This document shows, in pieces, positions 46,490 to 55,782 of a stretch of DNA of 64,000 nucleotides. The notes under the pieces are model-generated. The model ran no database searches. It had not been told where the DNA came from and was given only the letters and a program-made list of their open reading frames with translations. A program made the position numbers and the translations under genes. How positions within the stretch are numbered: position 1 is the first letter of the stretch; each line of letters starts with the position of its first letter. The stretch spans positions 32,181-96,180 of the forward strand of contig CAZFAM010000002.1 in assembly GCA_964516425.1 (NCBI GenBank), given 5' to 3'. The stretch is from an uncultured Bacteroidales bacterium (GTDB lineage: Bacteria; Bacillota_I; Bacilli_A; ML615J-28; CAG-698).

Positions 46490-48871
46490 ATTTACATAAT
46501 TTGGAGTTCCTTCTCCAGTTAAAACTTTTATTAAAGAACTATATTCCGCATTATAATAGTTATTTAAGAAAATAAAATTATTAAGATAAGGGAAATATGT
46601 TTGTAATGATTCATCACCATCAAAAATTATACAAATATTCGGATTAATATCATATAGCTCTTGTACAAAATCTGTCATTAATGTCCTAGAAATTAATTTA
46701 CTATCACTCATATTATTAATTAAGATATATATCGAGCCTACTGAACTAGCTTCATTTAATACTTGAGAAATTGATATATTACTTAATAAATATGAATTAC
46801 AGTTTTTAAATCCTTCGGATTTTAAATATGTAGACAATATATAACCAAAAGGATTTCCGTCTTGTTTATTAGCATCTGATATTATAATAATAGGCTTTTC
46901 ACTATTTACTATATCCATATTTCCTTTAACACTAATAAAGTTAGTATTAAGAATACTCATTTCTTCCTTAATTTCCTTCATATTGACGTCTTGATTAGAT
47001 TCATCATCTAAAATTCCATTTCGTAATTTGGATAATAAAATTCTAAAAACAGATTCTTTAATACGTTCAATAGAAATTGTACCTTCAGAAATTTGTGTAA
47101 GAATTGTATTATAAACATTAAATGGTAGTTCCGCTTGTTCTTTGTAATAATCCATATATGAATTCCAGTCATCATTTTGTGGTACATTTTGCATAAATTC
47201 CATATCAAAATAAAACATATCACAACCATCTTCTAAAGCTTTTAAAATTTGGCTAAAACTAACATAATTAGGATTAGTAAGATTGGCCATTATAATTCCA
47301 TTATATTCATTCCTATACTTAGATATATAATCAAATGATATTTCATTATATTTATATCCATTCGCAAAGAAATAAGATAGTGGTACACAAACACATTCAA
47401 ATCCTGCCTTAAAAATATTATCCATTTGGTTAATTTCTGATTCGACTTTTGTTTTATCATAGTATATAGTTGTAATTGGTTGTCCCGCACCCATCATAAT
47501 GCCATTATTATGATATCCATCTTTCATACTACTACTTAAGATGCCAGAAATATTACTATCAGTCCCAAAAGAAATACTCGAATTATGAGATGCATAATTA
47601 CTTAATATTCCGTTAATACCTAATGAACTGTATTCCTTTCCTAAAGTATTACCAATATTGTAAGCTAATGTAGCATCTTGATTATATGCTATAACACTAT
47701 TTGAACCATATGAATCTATATATTGTAAGTTTCCTCCAGCGTAATCCATAAATATAAATGGATTAACACCCGTTTTATCTTTGCCCATTTTATTCAAAGT
47801 TTTAATTGATGTCTTTAATTGTTCTAAACTTTTTGTATAATCATTAATTATCGTATAATTTCCAAATGGATAATCATTTAGATATGTAACTATATTAGTA
47901 TCCGCAAGAGCAGAACCAAATGATGCATCAGGAAGTCCTGTTTCACTATTTAATTTTAATGCATAATTATATTCTCTTATTACTTGAACCGAAAAACTAA
48001 TATTAAACATTTCTCCAACTAATTGCGTAGTATTCATTTTTGAGATTATGGCATTAATTTGTTCTGTTTCTTCATCTGTAGCTTTTATTATATTATTTTC
48101 TTCCGTAACCTCTATTTCAAATGTACAGGAAATATTAGGCATTCTTTTTAATTGAACTAATAATGTGGCTTTGCCAGCTTTTAATCCTTTAATATATTCA
48201 TCCATAATATATACAATATCAGTATTAGTAGAAGAAATCATACATTCTTCTTCTACATTATTAGTAATATGGATTATTTCATTAACACTAATTTTATCTT
48301 TAGAAGTTATCTCTAAAGAAGAAGGAATTTCAGAAACTATAATATGGATCTTTTTTTCAAAATCATCACATGAAACAATAATATCTGTTTCTCCAATGCT
48401 GATTCCTTTAACAACTCCATTTTTGACTGTTGCAATACTTAAATCTTCACTTTTCCAAAATACTTCACTTGTTATTATAGATGGAATAACACTAGCTTTT
48501 AAGGTTACTGTTTTATTAACAATAACTTCAAATTGTCCAGTTACTTCTATATCTTCCACAAATGGCTCGATTATATTTACTTCCTTTGTAGCAATAATTG
48601 AAACATCTTTCAAATACACAGCATTTATAACTACTATACCGCTAGATTTTGTTACTAAAACACCATTATTGATTTCCGCACATTCATAATTAGATAATGT
48701 CCAACTAATGTCATCATCACTTATTAACTCATCATTTATTGTTAATGTAATGCTTTTATTTTCTCCCACAAATATTCTATCTGAAATATTTATTACATAA
48801 TTATTTGTTTGTGTACAACCAACCATAAAAAATATACAAACTAAAAATAAAATATAAATGTATTTTTTCAT
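46487..48871 (-). CDS. Lipoprotein with three Big_2-like Ig domains and a divergent glycoside-hydrolase-family-3-like region
   Basis: The lipobox is FFMVGC. Three Big_2-like segments are seen (ISWTLSNYECAEINNGVLVTKSSG..., VFWKSEDLSIATVKNGVVKGISIGETDIIV...). The downstream region is collinear by eye with GH3/NagZ-type blocks. These are MNTTQLVGEMF vs MTLEEKVGQLF, FMDYAGGN vs IDQEGG and LGINGILSNYAS vs LGIN.NFAPV, but catalytic-looking residues are substituted. Confidence 0.5.
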   Translation of the reverse strand: MKKYIYILFLVCIFFMVGCTQTNNYVINISDRIFVGENKSITLTINDELISDDDISWTLSNYECAEINNGVLVTKSSGIVVINAVYLKDVSIIATKEVNIIEPFVEDIEVTGQFEVIVNKTVTLKASVIPSIITSEVFWKSEDLSIATVKNGVVKGISIGETDIIVSCDDFEKKIHIIVSEIPSSLEITSKDKISVNEIIHITNNVEEECMISSTNTDIVYIMDEYIKGLKAGKATLLVQLKRMPNISCTFEIEVTEENNIIKATDEETEQINAIISKMNTTQLVGEMFNISFSVQVIREYNYALKLNSETGLPDASFGSALADTNIVTYLNDYPFGNYTIINDYTKSLEQLKTSIKTLNKMGKDKTGVNPFIFMDYAGGNLQYIDSYGSNSVIAYNQDATLAYNIGNTLGKEYSSLGINGILSNYASHNSSISFGTDSNISGILSSSMKDGYHNNGIMMGAGQPITTIYYDKTKVESEINQMDNIFKAGFECVCVPLSYFFANGYKYNEISFDYISKYRNEYNGIIMANLTNPNYVSFSQILKALEDGCDMFYFDMEFMQNVPQNDDWNSYMDYYKEQAELPFNVYNTILTQISEGTISIERIKESVFRILLSKLRNGILDDESNQDVNMKEIKEEMSILNTNFISVKGNMDIVNSEKPIIIISDANKQDGNPFGYILSTYLKSEGFKNCNSYLLSNISISQVLNEASSVGSIYILINNMSDSKLISRTLMTDFVQELYDINPNICIIFDGDESLQTYFPYLNNFIFLNNYYNAEYSSLIKVLTGEGTPNYVN

Positions 48872-48873
48872 AA

Positions 48874-49287
48874 TTAATCCTTCCTTGCTTGCAAAATTGT
48901 TACTACAATTGTTATTCCAACGCCTAATAAACTAGAAATTACCATTACTGCTGTATCCATATAATTAATACTTCTTATATATGATTTAATAATCATTGCT
49001 ACTACACATACTAACAAACTCAATAGAACACTAAAAAGAATAATATATTTTAATGTATCATTTATTGTAATAACATTTAATGTTATTACAATACTAAATC
49101 CACCATAAAAAATAATTATTTCCACAATTCTTATTATATTATAAATTGTATTTATAGAATCTATATTTGAAGAAAAAATAGATGCTATTTGTAAATTGAC
49201 ATTATTTAGAAATTCAAAAGAAGCTAATAAAATAATGTATACTACACTATATAAAATTAAAAACACTAACGATAATTTATTTTTCAT
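48874..49287 (-). CDS. Four-helix small membrane protein, unknown function
   Basis: The sequence is hydrophobic. The start is taken at MKNKLSL (ATG 49285-49287), overlapping the upstream gene by 11 nt. Confidence 0.45.
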   Translation of the reverse strand: MKNKLSLVFLILYSVVYIILLASFEFLNNVNLQIASIFSSNIDSINTIYNIIRIVEIIIFYGGFSIVITLNVITINDTLKYIILFSVLLSLLVCVVAMIIKSYIRSINYMDTAVMVISSLLGVGITIVVTILQARKD

Positions 49288-50065
49288 GTCTTTTCTCCAC
49301 CAACACATATATTACATAAGCAATTATGGATATAATAATTGTAATAAAACCAGAAATTAGTGTCTCTTTAATGTTCGTATCCTTAATAATTAAATATCCT
49401 AAATTAATAATATTAGGAATACCAATCACAATTGCTAATTTCATAGGCACCTTATCAAACTCTACTGTTGTCGCATCCACTAAATACCAAACACCTAATG
49501 CTCCCATAACAACAAGAATAAAATTAGCAATAATATTAAAGAAATAAGATATAAAATAATATGTTTGTTCACTCATATTTAATGTAATATCTAAAAACAA
49601 ACAATAAAATACAACCGCAAAGATAAAACAAGATATAGCTTTTGTTTTATCTTTTTTATAAAAGAATCGGTATGCACTTTGATAATTATAATATATATAA
49701 TACTTTTCTTGGTCAGTTAATTGATTTAATATACTTGTTATTTCATTTTCATCATAAACATCACTTAAACGATCTATTCTTTTAATAATTGCTTTTTTAT
49801 TATTATATTCAATCATCAATGAAGAAACATTATTACAATCTAAACAAACCTTATTCATTGTACTTTTTTTACACTTGAAACAATAATAAGACATTTGTAC
49901 ATCTCGGTTTTCATGTTTTTCTAATCTTTCTGGCAAATTAGGATTAATATTTAATTTATTATGTTCTTGTTTTTCAGTTATGGTATTACAAAGAGGGCAT
50001 GTTTTATTCTTTTCATTTGTTTCAAAGCCACACTTTGGACATTTATAAATATAATTTTTTCTCAT
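49277..50065 (-). CDS. Double zinc-ribbon membrane protein, unknown function
   Basis: Two CxxC...CxxC ribbons (CPKC..CPLC and CFKC..CLDC) are followed by about 4 TM helices. Confidence 0.55.
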   Translation of the reverse strand: MRKNYIYKCPKCGFETNEKNKTCPLCNTITEKQEHNKLNINPNLPERLEKHENRDVQMSYYCFKCKKSTMNKVCLDCNNVSSLMIEYNNKKAIIKRIDRLSDVYDENEITSILNQLTDQEKYYIYYNYQSAYRFFYKKDKTKAISCFIFAVVFYCLFLDITLNMSEQTYYFISYFFNIIANFILVVMGALGVWYLVDATTVEFDKVPMKLAIVIGIPNIINLGYLIIKDTNIKETLISGFITIIISIIAYVIYVLVEKRHEK

Positions 50066-51171
50066 TTTTCTTCCTTTTTATATACGTATCCGATAATTTC
50101 TTTTACTTCATCATGTATTACTAAAGAGTTATCACGATTAATATCTCTTGTAAAGCCACATTTCAATAGTACTTTTCCTGAATTTTTATTTTCCCTCACA
50201 TGTCCCGCATATATGATTTCTTTCTTTTGATCATTAATTAGATATGAAAGAAATGTTTTTAATGCTTCTGTCGCAAATCCTTGATGCCAATATGCTTCGT
50301 TAAATGCATAAACTACTTGACAAGTGCGCACAGTTAAGTCATAAGTAGATAAACCTATGTATCCAATTAACTTATTTGTATCTTTTAAACATACTGCTAA
50401 CTTAAAGTATTGTTTATTTTTATATTTTTCACGCAAATTAGCTATTATTTCTTGTACTTCTTCTCTTTTATATACACTTTTTCCCATTAAATATTTATTA
50501 ACATTTGCGTTAGATGCAAAATTATAATAATCATCTAAGTCATTCTCATTAATTTCACGAATAATTAAGCGATTTGACCTTATAGGAATAAAAGAAATAC
50601 ACTCTTTTTGTATACCTTCATTTAAATACCTTAAAATTGCATTATAATTTTTATAATTTAATAACAAGTATCCGTATCGTCTTCCTTTTTTTCGATAAAC
50701 AACTTTAAAATGTAAAATAAATTCTTGAATTAATAAACTAAGCGATAAAATCAAAAAAACAATTCCCAATAACAAAATTATGCTATTCCAATTCTTTAAT
50801 TCTTGGTTGACCCCGAAATTTACGTTTTCTTGAATTATTTTTCGCAAACGAAAACTTATAAGGAAAAATGTGAAAAATAAAATAGCGGGCAAAAAATTAG
50901 CCAAAAACAAGCTCTTTTTAACATTCTTCAAAAAGAAATGTTTAATTTCAATAAATGTTAAGCCTAATTTGTTAGATATATGTGAATTTTTAGGATTTTG
51001 AAAATTAAATCCTTCTAAAACTTTATTTTCCCAAATTTGCTTTTTATATTTTTGACCATTGAATATTACATAATTATTTTTAATAGTTATGTTAGATTTC
51101 TTGGAGTCAAATAAATCTAGGTCTAATTCTTTTTGTTTTTGTTTTTGATTTTTTGTTAAAAATAAAGACAT
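50062..51171 (-). CDS. Membrane-anchored GNAT (RimJ/RimL-like) N-acetyltransferase
   Basis: The N-terminal ~90 aa are soluble and are followed by two TM helices. Next comes an acetyltransferase domain (LIIREINENDLDDYYNF...IGYIGL...YAFNEAYWHQGFATEALK...N..S.KVLLKCGF). There is a 4-nt ATGA overlap with the next gene. Confidence 0.65.
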   Translation of the reverse strand: MSLFLTKNQKQKQKELDLDLFDSKKSNITIKNNYVIFNGQKYKKQIWENKVLEGFNFQNPKNSHISNKLGLTFIEIKHFFLKNVKKSLFLANFLPAILFFTFFLISFRLRKIIQENVNFGVNQELKNWNSIILLLGIVFLILSLSLLIQEFILHFKVVYRKKGRRYGYLLLNYKNYNAILRYLNEGIQKECISFIPIRSNRLIIREINENDLDDYYNFASNANVNKYLMGKSVYKREEVQEIIANLREKYKNKQYFKLAVCLKDTNKLIGYIGLSTYDLTVRTCQVVYAFNEAYWHQGFATEALKTFLSYLINDQKKEIIYAGHVRENKNSGKVLLKCGFTRDINRDNSLVIHDEVKEIIGYVYKKEEK

Positions 51172-51211
51172 ATTTATCCACCTATTTTATTATAAAATAG
51201 TTCTAATTATT

Positions 51212-51490
51212 TTATTTAGGTTGTAATAGTTTATATGTTAATAAGTTTTCAACCAATAATAAGATAATTTTTAGTATTATCCCTTCATTATTAAACAAAG
51301 TTATAATGAAAAGAAGGGTAAAAAGTGATAAGAAGATAACTTCAATCCACATAAATGTGAATTTTTGTTTCTTTTTGACTAAAAGTATTAGGGAAATAAA
51401 GAAAATTGTACATATATAATATACAATGTTCCCAAAAATACTATATAACATTAAAGAAAATAAGATAATAAACAACATACTCACAAACAT
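51212..51490 (-). CDS. Three-helix small membrane protein, unknown function
   Basis: The 92-aa ORF is entirely hydrophobic and lies co-directionally inside the operon. Confidence 0.4.
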   Translation of the reverse strand: MFVSMLFIILFSLMLYSIFGNIVYYICTIFFISLILLVKKKQKFTFMWIEVIFLSLFTLLFIITLFNNEGIILKIILLLVENLLTYKLLQPK

Positions 51491-51528
51491 TATAATTCAC
51501 CAATGAATTATATGTCATAATTTATTTA

Positions 51529-52128
51529 TTAATGATTGTTTTCTTGTGTTTGTTTATATTCTTTATAATAATTTAAATAATCTTCTGTAGTAGGAAAGTA
51601 ATTATATTGCTTGTTAATTGCTACATTTTTATAAAAAATATATTCTTTCCACTTATTTTCTCTTTCAGTTGCATCTTTAATTTCTGAAAGTTCATAAAAA
51701 TGTTCATTTAGAACGATTACTGATAACACTAATGATGATATTTCATCATTTAATTTCTTGATTTCTACTCTTATTTCCTCTTTTGTGGCATCTTCTTTTT
51801 GTTTTTCTTTGTTTAGTTTGGATAAAATACACTTATATATTATACTTTTTACTAAAAAGAAAACCATAATTATCCCCATTATTATAACAACAATAGAAAC
51901 AATCCATTTTTCATTAATAATTGTTAATAAGTCGTATATATATCCTAAAATAACAATTAATACTGCTAATGTAATAATACTATAAACATCATTTTTTTTC
52001 TTTTTTTCTGTATTTACTTGAATCTTATGTTCTAATTCATTACTGACAAACAATTCTCTTTGGGCATATTGTTCTTTTTTTACATTAATTTTTGCAAGTA
52101 ATGAACGAAATTCATTATCACATCGCAT
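51529..52128 (-). CDS. Two-helix membrane protein with charged coiled-coil-like tail, unknown function
   Basis: A central TM hairpin is flanked by Lys/Glu-rich segments. Its start lies 1 nt after the upstream stop. Confidence 0.45.
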   Translation of the reverse strand: MRCDNEFRSLLAKINVKKEQYAQRELFVSNELEHKIQVNTEKKKKNDVYSIITLAVLIVILGYIYDLLTIINEKWIVSIVVIIMGIIMVFFLVKSIIYKCILSKLNKEKQKEDATKEEIRVEIKKLNDEISSLVLSVIVLNEHFYELSEIKDATERENKWKEYIFYKNVAINKQYNYFPTTEDYLNYYKEYKQTQENNH

Positions 52129-52129
52129 A

Positions 52130-52972
52130 TTAATTCATCCTTTCATGAAATGTTTTTACTAAAACAAAGGGCGTAAATAATATTCTTTGCCCATGAAGAT
52201 ATATACTTTCCCATGATATTTCATGATATGGTATTGTTATAAGATATGTAATAAGGTAATAAGTAAAAATGAATGACACAATACTTAATACGATATTCTT
52301 ATGTTTAATAACTATACTATTAAAACATTGCGATAGAAAAATAGATGGTATGATTAATGAAACATTTAACATTTCATATCGTAATCCTTGTTCTGTTGTC
52401 AAAATAGTAACTAATGTGAATACAATTAATAATACTAATGACAATAATAATAAATATAATTTTTTATGTTTTAATGGTTTATTTTTAACATTTAATGGTA
52501 AAAGTGCGGTTTTTGTGAATAATTCTTCACGCAAATCTTTTTCCACCACTTTTTCTTGTTCCAAATTTATATTATTAATACCATTTAAGATATCTTCTTT
52601 GTTTTTTTGATTATACTTATCAAAAAATAATGTTATAAAATCATTACTATATAACAAATAATGTTCTCGTATATGATTACATACAATATCTAAATGTTCA
52701 ATTTGATAATCCTTATTTATTAAATTATCAATATTATGTTCTTTATTTAACATTATACATGCATAATTATAAAAATATTGATATAACAAACTATTTGGAT
52801 GATGACTACATAGTTCAAGAATTTTATAGTAATCATATGTGTTAAGATATATTTGTAAATCAAAGTATTCAAAATCATCAATCATATTTAATGTTTTTTG
52901 ACAATTTGAACATATAGTTTCAGTTATTAAATTTTTTTGTCCACAAAATGGGCATTTATTATATTGCTTCAT
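52130..52972 (-). CDS. Zinc-ribbon membrane protein, unknown function (first gene of operon)
   Basis: An N-terminal CPFC...CSNC ribbon is followed by a ~150-aa cytoplasmic region and about 4 C-terminal TM helices. The RBS is AAGGATGA. Confidence 0.55.
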   Translation of the reverse strand: MKQYNKCPFCGQKNLITETICSNCQKTLNMIDDFEYFDLQIYLNTYDYYKILELCSHHPNSLLYQYFYNYACIMLNKEHNIDNLINKDYQIEHLDIVCNHIREHYLLYSNDFITLFFDKYNQKNKEDILNGINNINLEQEKVVEKDLREELFTKTALLPLNVKNKPLKHKKLYLLLLSLVLLIVFTLVTILTTEQGLRYEMLNVSLIIPSIFLSQCFNSIVIKHKNIVLSIVSFIFTYYLITYLITIPYHEISWESIYLHGQRILFTPFVLVKTFHERMN

Positions 52973-53024
52973 ATTTAATCATCCTTGTTTAATACATTAT
53001 ATCAAATTATTCCTTAAAATAAAA

Positions 53025-53061
53025 GTAAAAAAAACTATTTAGAAAAATATTCTAAATAGTT
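53025..53061 (-). terminator. Rho-independent terminator after fba
   Basis: A perfect 13-bp stem (53031-53043 / 53049-53061) is followed by a U run. Confidence 0.65.
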
Positions 53062-53071
53062 TCATATTGAT

Positions 53072-53923
53072 TTAAGCTTTGTTAACAGAGCCAAATACTT
53101 CCATTTTTGCTTTTACTGCAGCAGCGATTGCTAATGAAGCAGGTCCGATAAATTTACGAGGATCATAAACTTCAGGTTTAGCAGCTAAAACTTTTTGAAT
53201 TTCATTGTGGAATGCAATTTGACATTCTGTATTAACATTAATTTTGCATGTACCACAAGAAATAGCTCTAATGATTTTTTCATCTGGAATACCAGTTCCA
53301 CCATGTAATACTAATGGTTTATCAGTTGCAACTTTAATCGCTTCCATTTCAGTAAATCCTAAAACAGGTTCTCCATGATATGGACCATGAACTGATCCTA
53401 ATGCGGGAGCTAAGCAATCAACACCTGCTTCTTGTACTAAACGAACACATTCGTCTTTATCAGCGTATTTAATTCCACCAATAACACCATCTTCATTTCC
53501 ACCAACAGTTCCAACTTCTGCTTCAACACTTACGCCTCTTGCATGTGCATATTCAACAACTTGTTTTGTCATTTCAATGTTTTCTGCGATTGGATGATGT
53601 GAACCATCAATCATTACTGATGTGAATCCAGCATCAATTGCTTTTTTACAGCTTTCAAATGATGAACCATGATCTAAATGAATTGCTACTGGAACAGTAA
53701 TTCCTAAATCTTGAACCATACCTTTAACCATACCACATACAGTATTAAATCCACCCATATATTTTCCAGCACCTTCACTAACACCTAAAATAACTGGTGA
53801 ATTCATTTCTTGAGCAGTCAATAAAATTTGTTTAGTCCATTCAAGATTATTAATGTTGAATTGACCAACAGCATACTTTCCTTCTTTTGCTTTGTTTAAC
53901 ATTTCTACCATATTAACTAACAT
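53072..53923 (-). CDS. fba: Class II fructose-1,6-bisphosphate aldolase
   Basis: [27 protein letters not shown] and the overall 283-aa length fit the Firmicute-type FbaA. Confidence 0.95.
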   Translation of the reverse strand: MLVNMVEMLNKAKEGKYAVGQFNINNLEWTKQILLTAQEMNSPVILGVSEGAGKYMGGFNTVCGMVKGMVQDLGITVPVAIHLDHGSSFESCKKAIDAGFTSVMIDGSHHPIAENIEMTKQVVEYAHARGVSVEAEVGTVGGNEDGVIGGIKYADKDECVRLVQEAGVDCLAPALGSVHGPYHGEPVLGFTEMEAIKVATDKPLVLHGGTGIPDEKIIRAISCGTCKINVNTECQIAFHNEIQKVLAAKPEVYDPRKFIGPASLAIAAAVKAKMEVFGSVNKA

Positions 53924-53948
53924 ATATCTTTTCCTCCTGTGTTAATAT

Positions 53949-54224
53949 CTATTTTTTACTTTTATACTTTTGTAAAAGTTCTTCTTCATCAACTTTTTTT
54001 ACATTTGATTGTTTTGTTTCTAACTTATTTGCAACTAACATAATAGCAACGATTGCTACAAGAGCAATACCTAAAAATACAAATCCTAAAACTAAAAATG
54101 TAGTTGCCCACTCATGTGCTTCTCTAGTAAACGATTCAATTAGTTTAACGATTAGGCATATTATTCCTAATCCAGCAACACCAAGTGACGCAATTGTTAA
54201 TTTTTTAATTGTTTGTTCCTTCAT
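53949..54224 (-). CDS. Small two-helix membrane protein
   Basis: The 91-aa protein has two hydrophobic helices and a Lys/Glu-rich tail. Confidence 0.4.
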   Translation of the reverse strand: MKEQTIKKLTIASLGVAGLGIICLIVKLIESFTREAHEWATTFLVLGFVFLGIALVAIVAIMLVANKLETKQSNVKKVDEEELLQKYKSKK

Positions 54225-54233
54225 TTCTTCCTC

Positions 54234-55106
54234 CTATTTTTTTTGTAAAATATAGTAACCAAATCCCAATATACCGCAACCGATATGAGCACCGACTGCT
54301 GGTGTAATCATATGTATTTCAACTGTTGCTGGACATGAAACTAATTGTTCAAATGCATTTTTTAATTGTATAGCATCATCTTCACGACAAGTATGGAATA
54401 TCATTATTTTTAATTCTGATGCATCTTTTGTTTCTTCAATAAATAATTGTTTTATTCGATCAATAGCTCTATGTAATGTTTTAATTTTTTCAAACGTATC
54501 TATTTTACCTTGTTTAGTTAACTCTAAAACAGGTTTAATTCTTAATAAGCCTGCAAAAAATCCTTTAGCGTTACTTAGTCTACCATTTTTAATTAAAAAA
54601 CGCAAATCATCAACAATAAAATAAGCATGTGAATTTTGAATTAATTCATTACTACGATTAATAATTTCTTCAACGCGTTTCCCTTCACTAGCCATTTCTT
54701 TAGCAACTACAGCTAAATATCCTTGCATATATGCTGCTGTCTTCGTATCCACAACATGTATATTTATTTTCCCTTCATATTCTTGTTTTAAATTTGAAAC
54801 CATAGATCCAATAGAACTCAATTTAAAAGATATAGCATACATTATAACATCAGTATATCCTTCAGTAATTAAGCGATCAATTAATTCCATTGCCTCTCCG
54901 ACTGTTGGTGCAGAAGTTGAAGGTATAACACCTGCTTTTAACTTTTCTTGCACAAGTTCATAAAACTCTTTGGCTTTTATTTCTACTCCATCAATATAAT
55001 GTTCTTCACCAAAGTTAATGATTGAACGTAGAACTGGAATATTTGGATTAAAATCTAAATAATCAAGACCTGCATTAACATCAGAAATAATAGCAATTTT
55101 GCTCAT
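54234..55106 (-). CDS. DegV family fatty-acid-binding protein
   Basis: IAIISDVNAGL is present, along with Ser-containing TSAPTVGE and the DegV length and pattern. The start is reset to the ATG at 55104-55106 behind GAGGGGGAG. Confidence 0.85.
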   Translation of the reverse strand: MSKIAIISDVNAGLDYLDFNPNIPVLRSIINFGEEHYIDGVEIKAKEFYELVQEKLKAGVIPSTSAPTVGEAMELIDRLITEGYTDVIMYAISFKLSSIGSMVSNLKQEYEGKINIHVVDTKTAAYMQGYLAVVAKEMASEGKRVEEIINRSNELIQNSHAYFIVDDLRFLIKNGRLSNAKGFFAGLLRIKPVLELTKQGKIDTFEKIKTLHRAIDRIKQLFIEETKDASELKIMIFHTCREDDAIQLKNAFEQLVSCPATVEIHMITPAVGAHIGCGILGFGYYILQKK

Positions 55107-55199
55107 TATTCTCCCCCTCAATTATAATTATTATACCACATATAAAATTATTCTTCAAGATTAAATAACAAATTAAATGAAAAATAAGAACTTTCGTTC

Positions 55200-55727
55200 T
55201 TATCCTTCTAAATATTTTGCAATAAACATAGCGGATGTTTCCGCCAATGTTTTTTCAATTTCAGATATATTATCACTGGCAATTATTACAGATCCTATTA
55301 CATCACCATATATAGCAATAGGTCTTAATATTACATTTCCTTTAATAATCAAATTATCTGTTATTTCTAGATGTTCATCTTTTTGAAATACTTGCGTATT
55401 CAAACGATGCATTCTTTCATCTAAACGAATATCAATTTTTTTACCTATAATGTCTCGTCTAAAACTACCAGCTGATGCAATAATACGTTCTGTATCCGTA
55501 ATAATAATTTCTTTTTTTGACGCTTGATATATAGCTTCCACATATTCGCTAATAAAACTTTCAATAGTTTCAACTTGCGAATATTTTTTTAATGTAATAG
55601 CTTCTGGACCATCAGAACATATTTCTAACGAGTCCCCTTCTCTAATTCTTAAACTTCTTCGAATTTCTTTTGGAATCACTATTCTTCCTAAGTCATCTAT
55701 TCTACGAACAACACCTGTTGATTTCAT
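55200..55727 (-). CDS. spoVT: Stage V sporulation protein T-like regulator (AbrB-type N-domain plus GAF-like C-domain)
   Basis: The protein is 175 aa from the reset start at the ATG at 55725-55727. It has the motif KSTGVVRRIDDLGRIVIPKEIRRSLRIREGD. The gene sits downstream of pth-mfd as in Bacillus. Confidence 0.8.
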   Translation of the reverse strand: MKSTGVVRRIDDLGRIVIPKEIRRSLRIREGDSLEICSDGPEAITLKKYSQVETIESFISEYVEAIYQASKKEIIITDTERIIASAGSFRRDIIGKKIDIRLDERMHRLNTQVFQKDEHLEITDNLIIKGNVILRPIAIYGDVIGSVIIASDNISEIEKTLAETSAMFIAKYLEG

Positions 55728-55782
55728 AATTATCACCTCATTTTATTATTAGCAATAATTATTATTGGTAATAAATGTTTTT

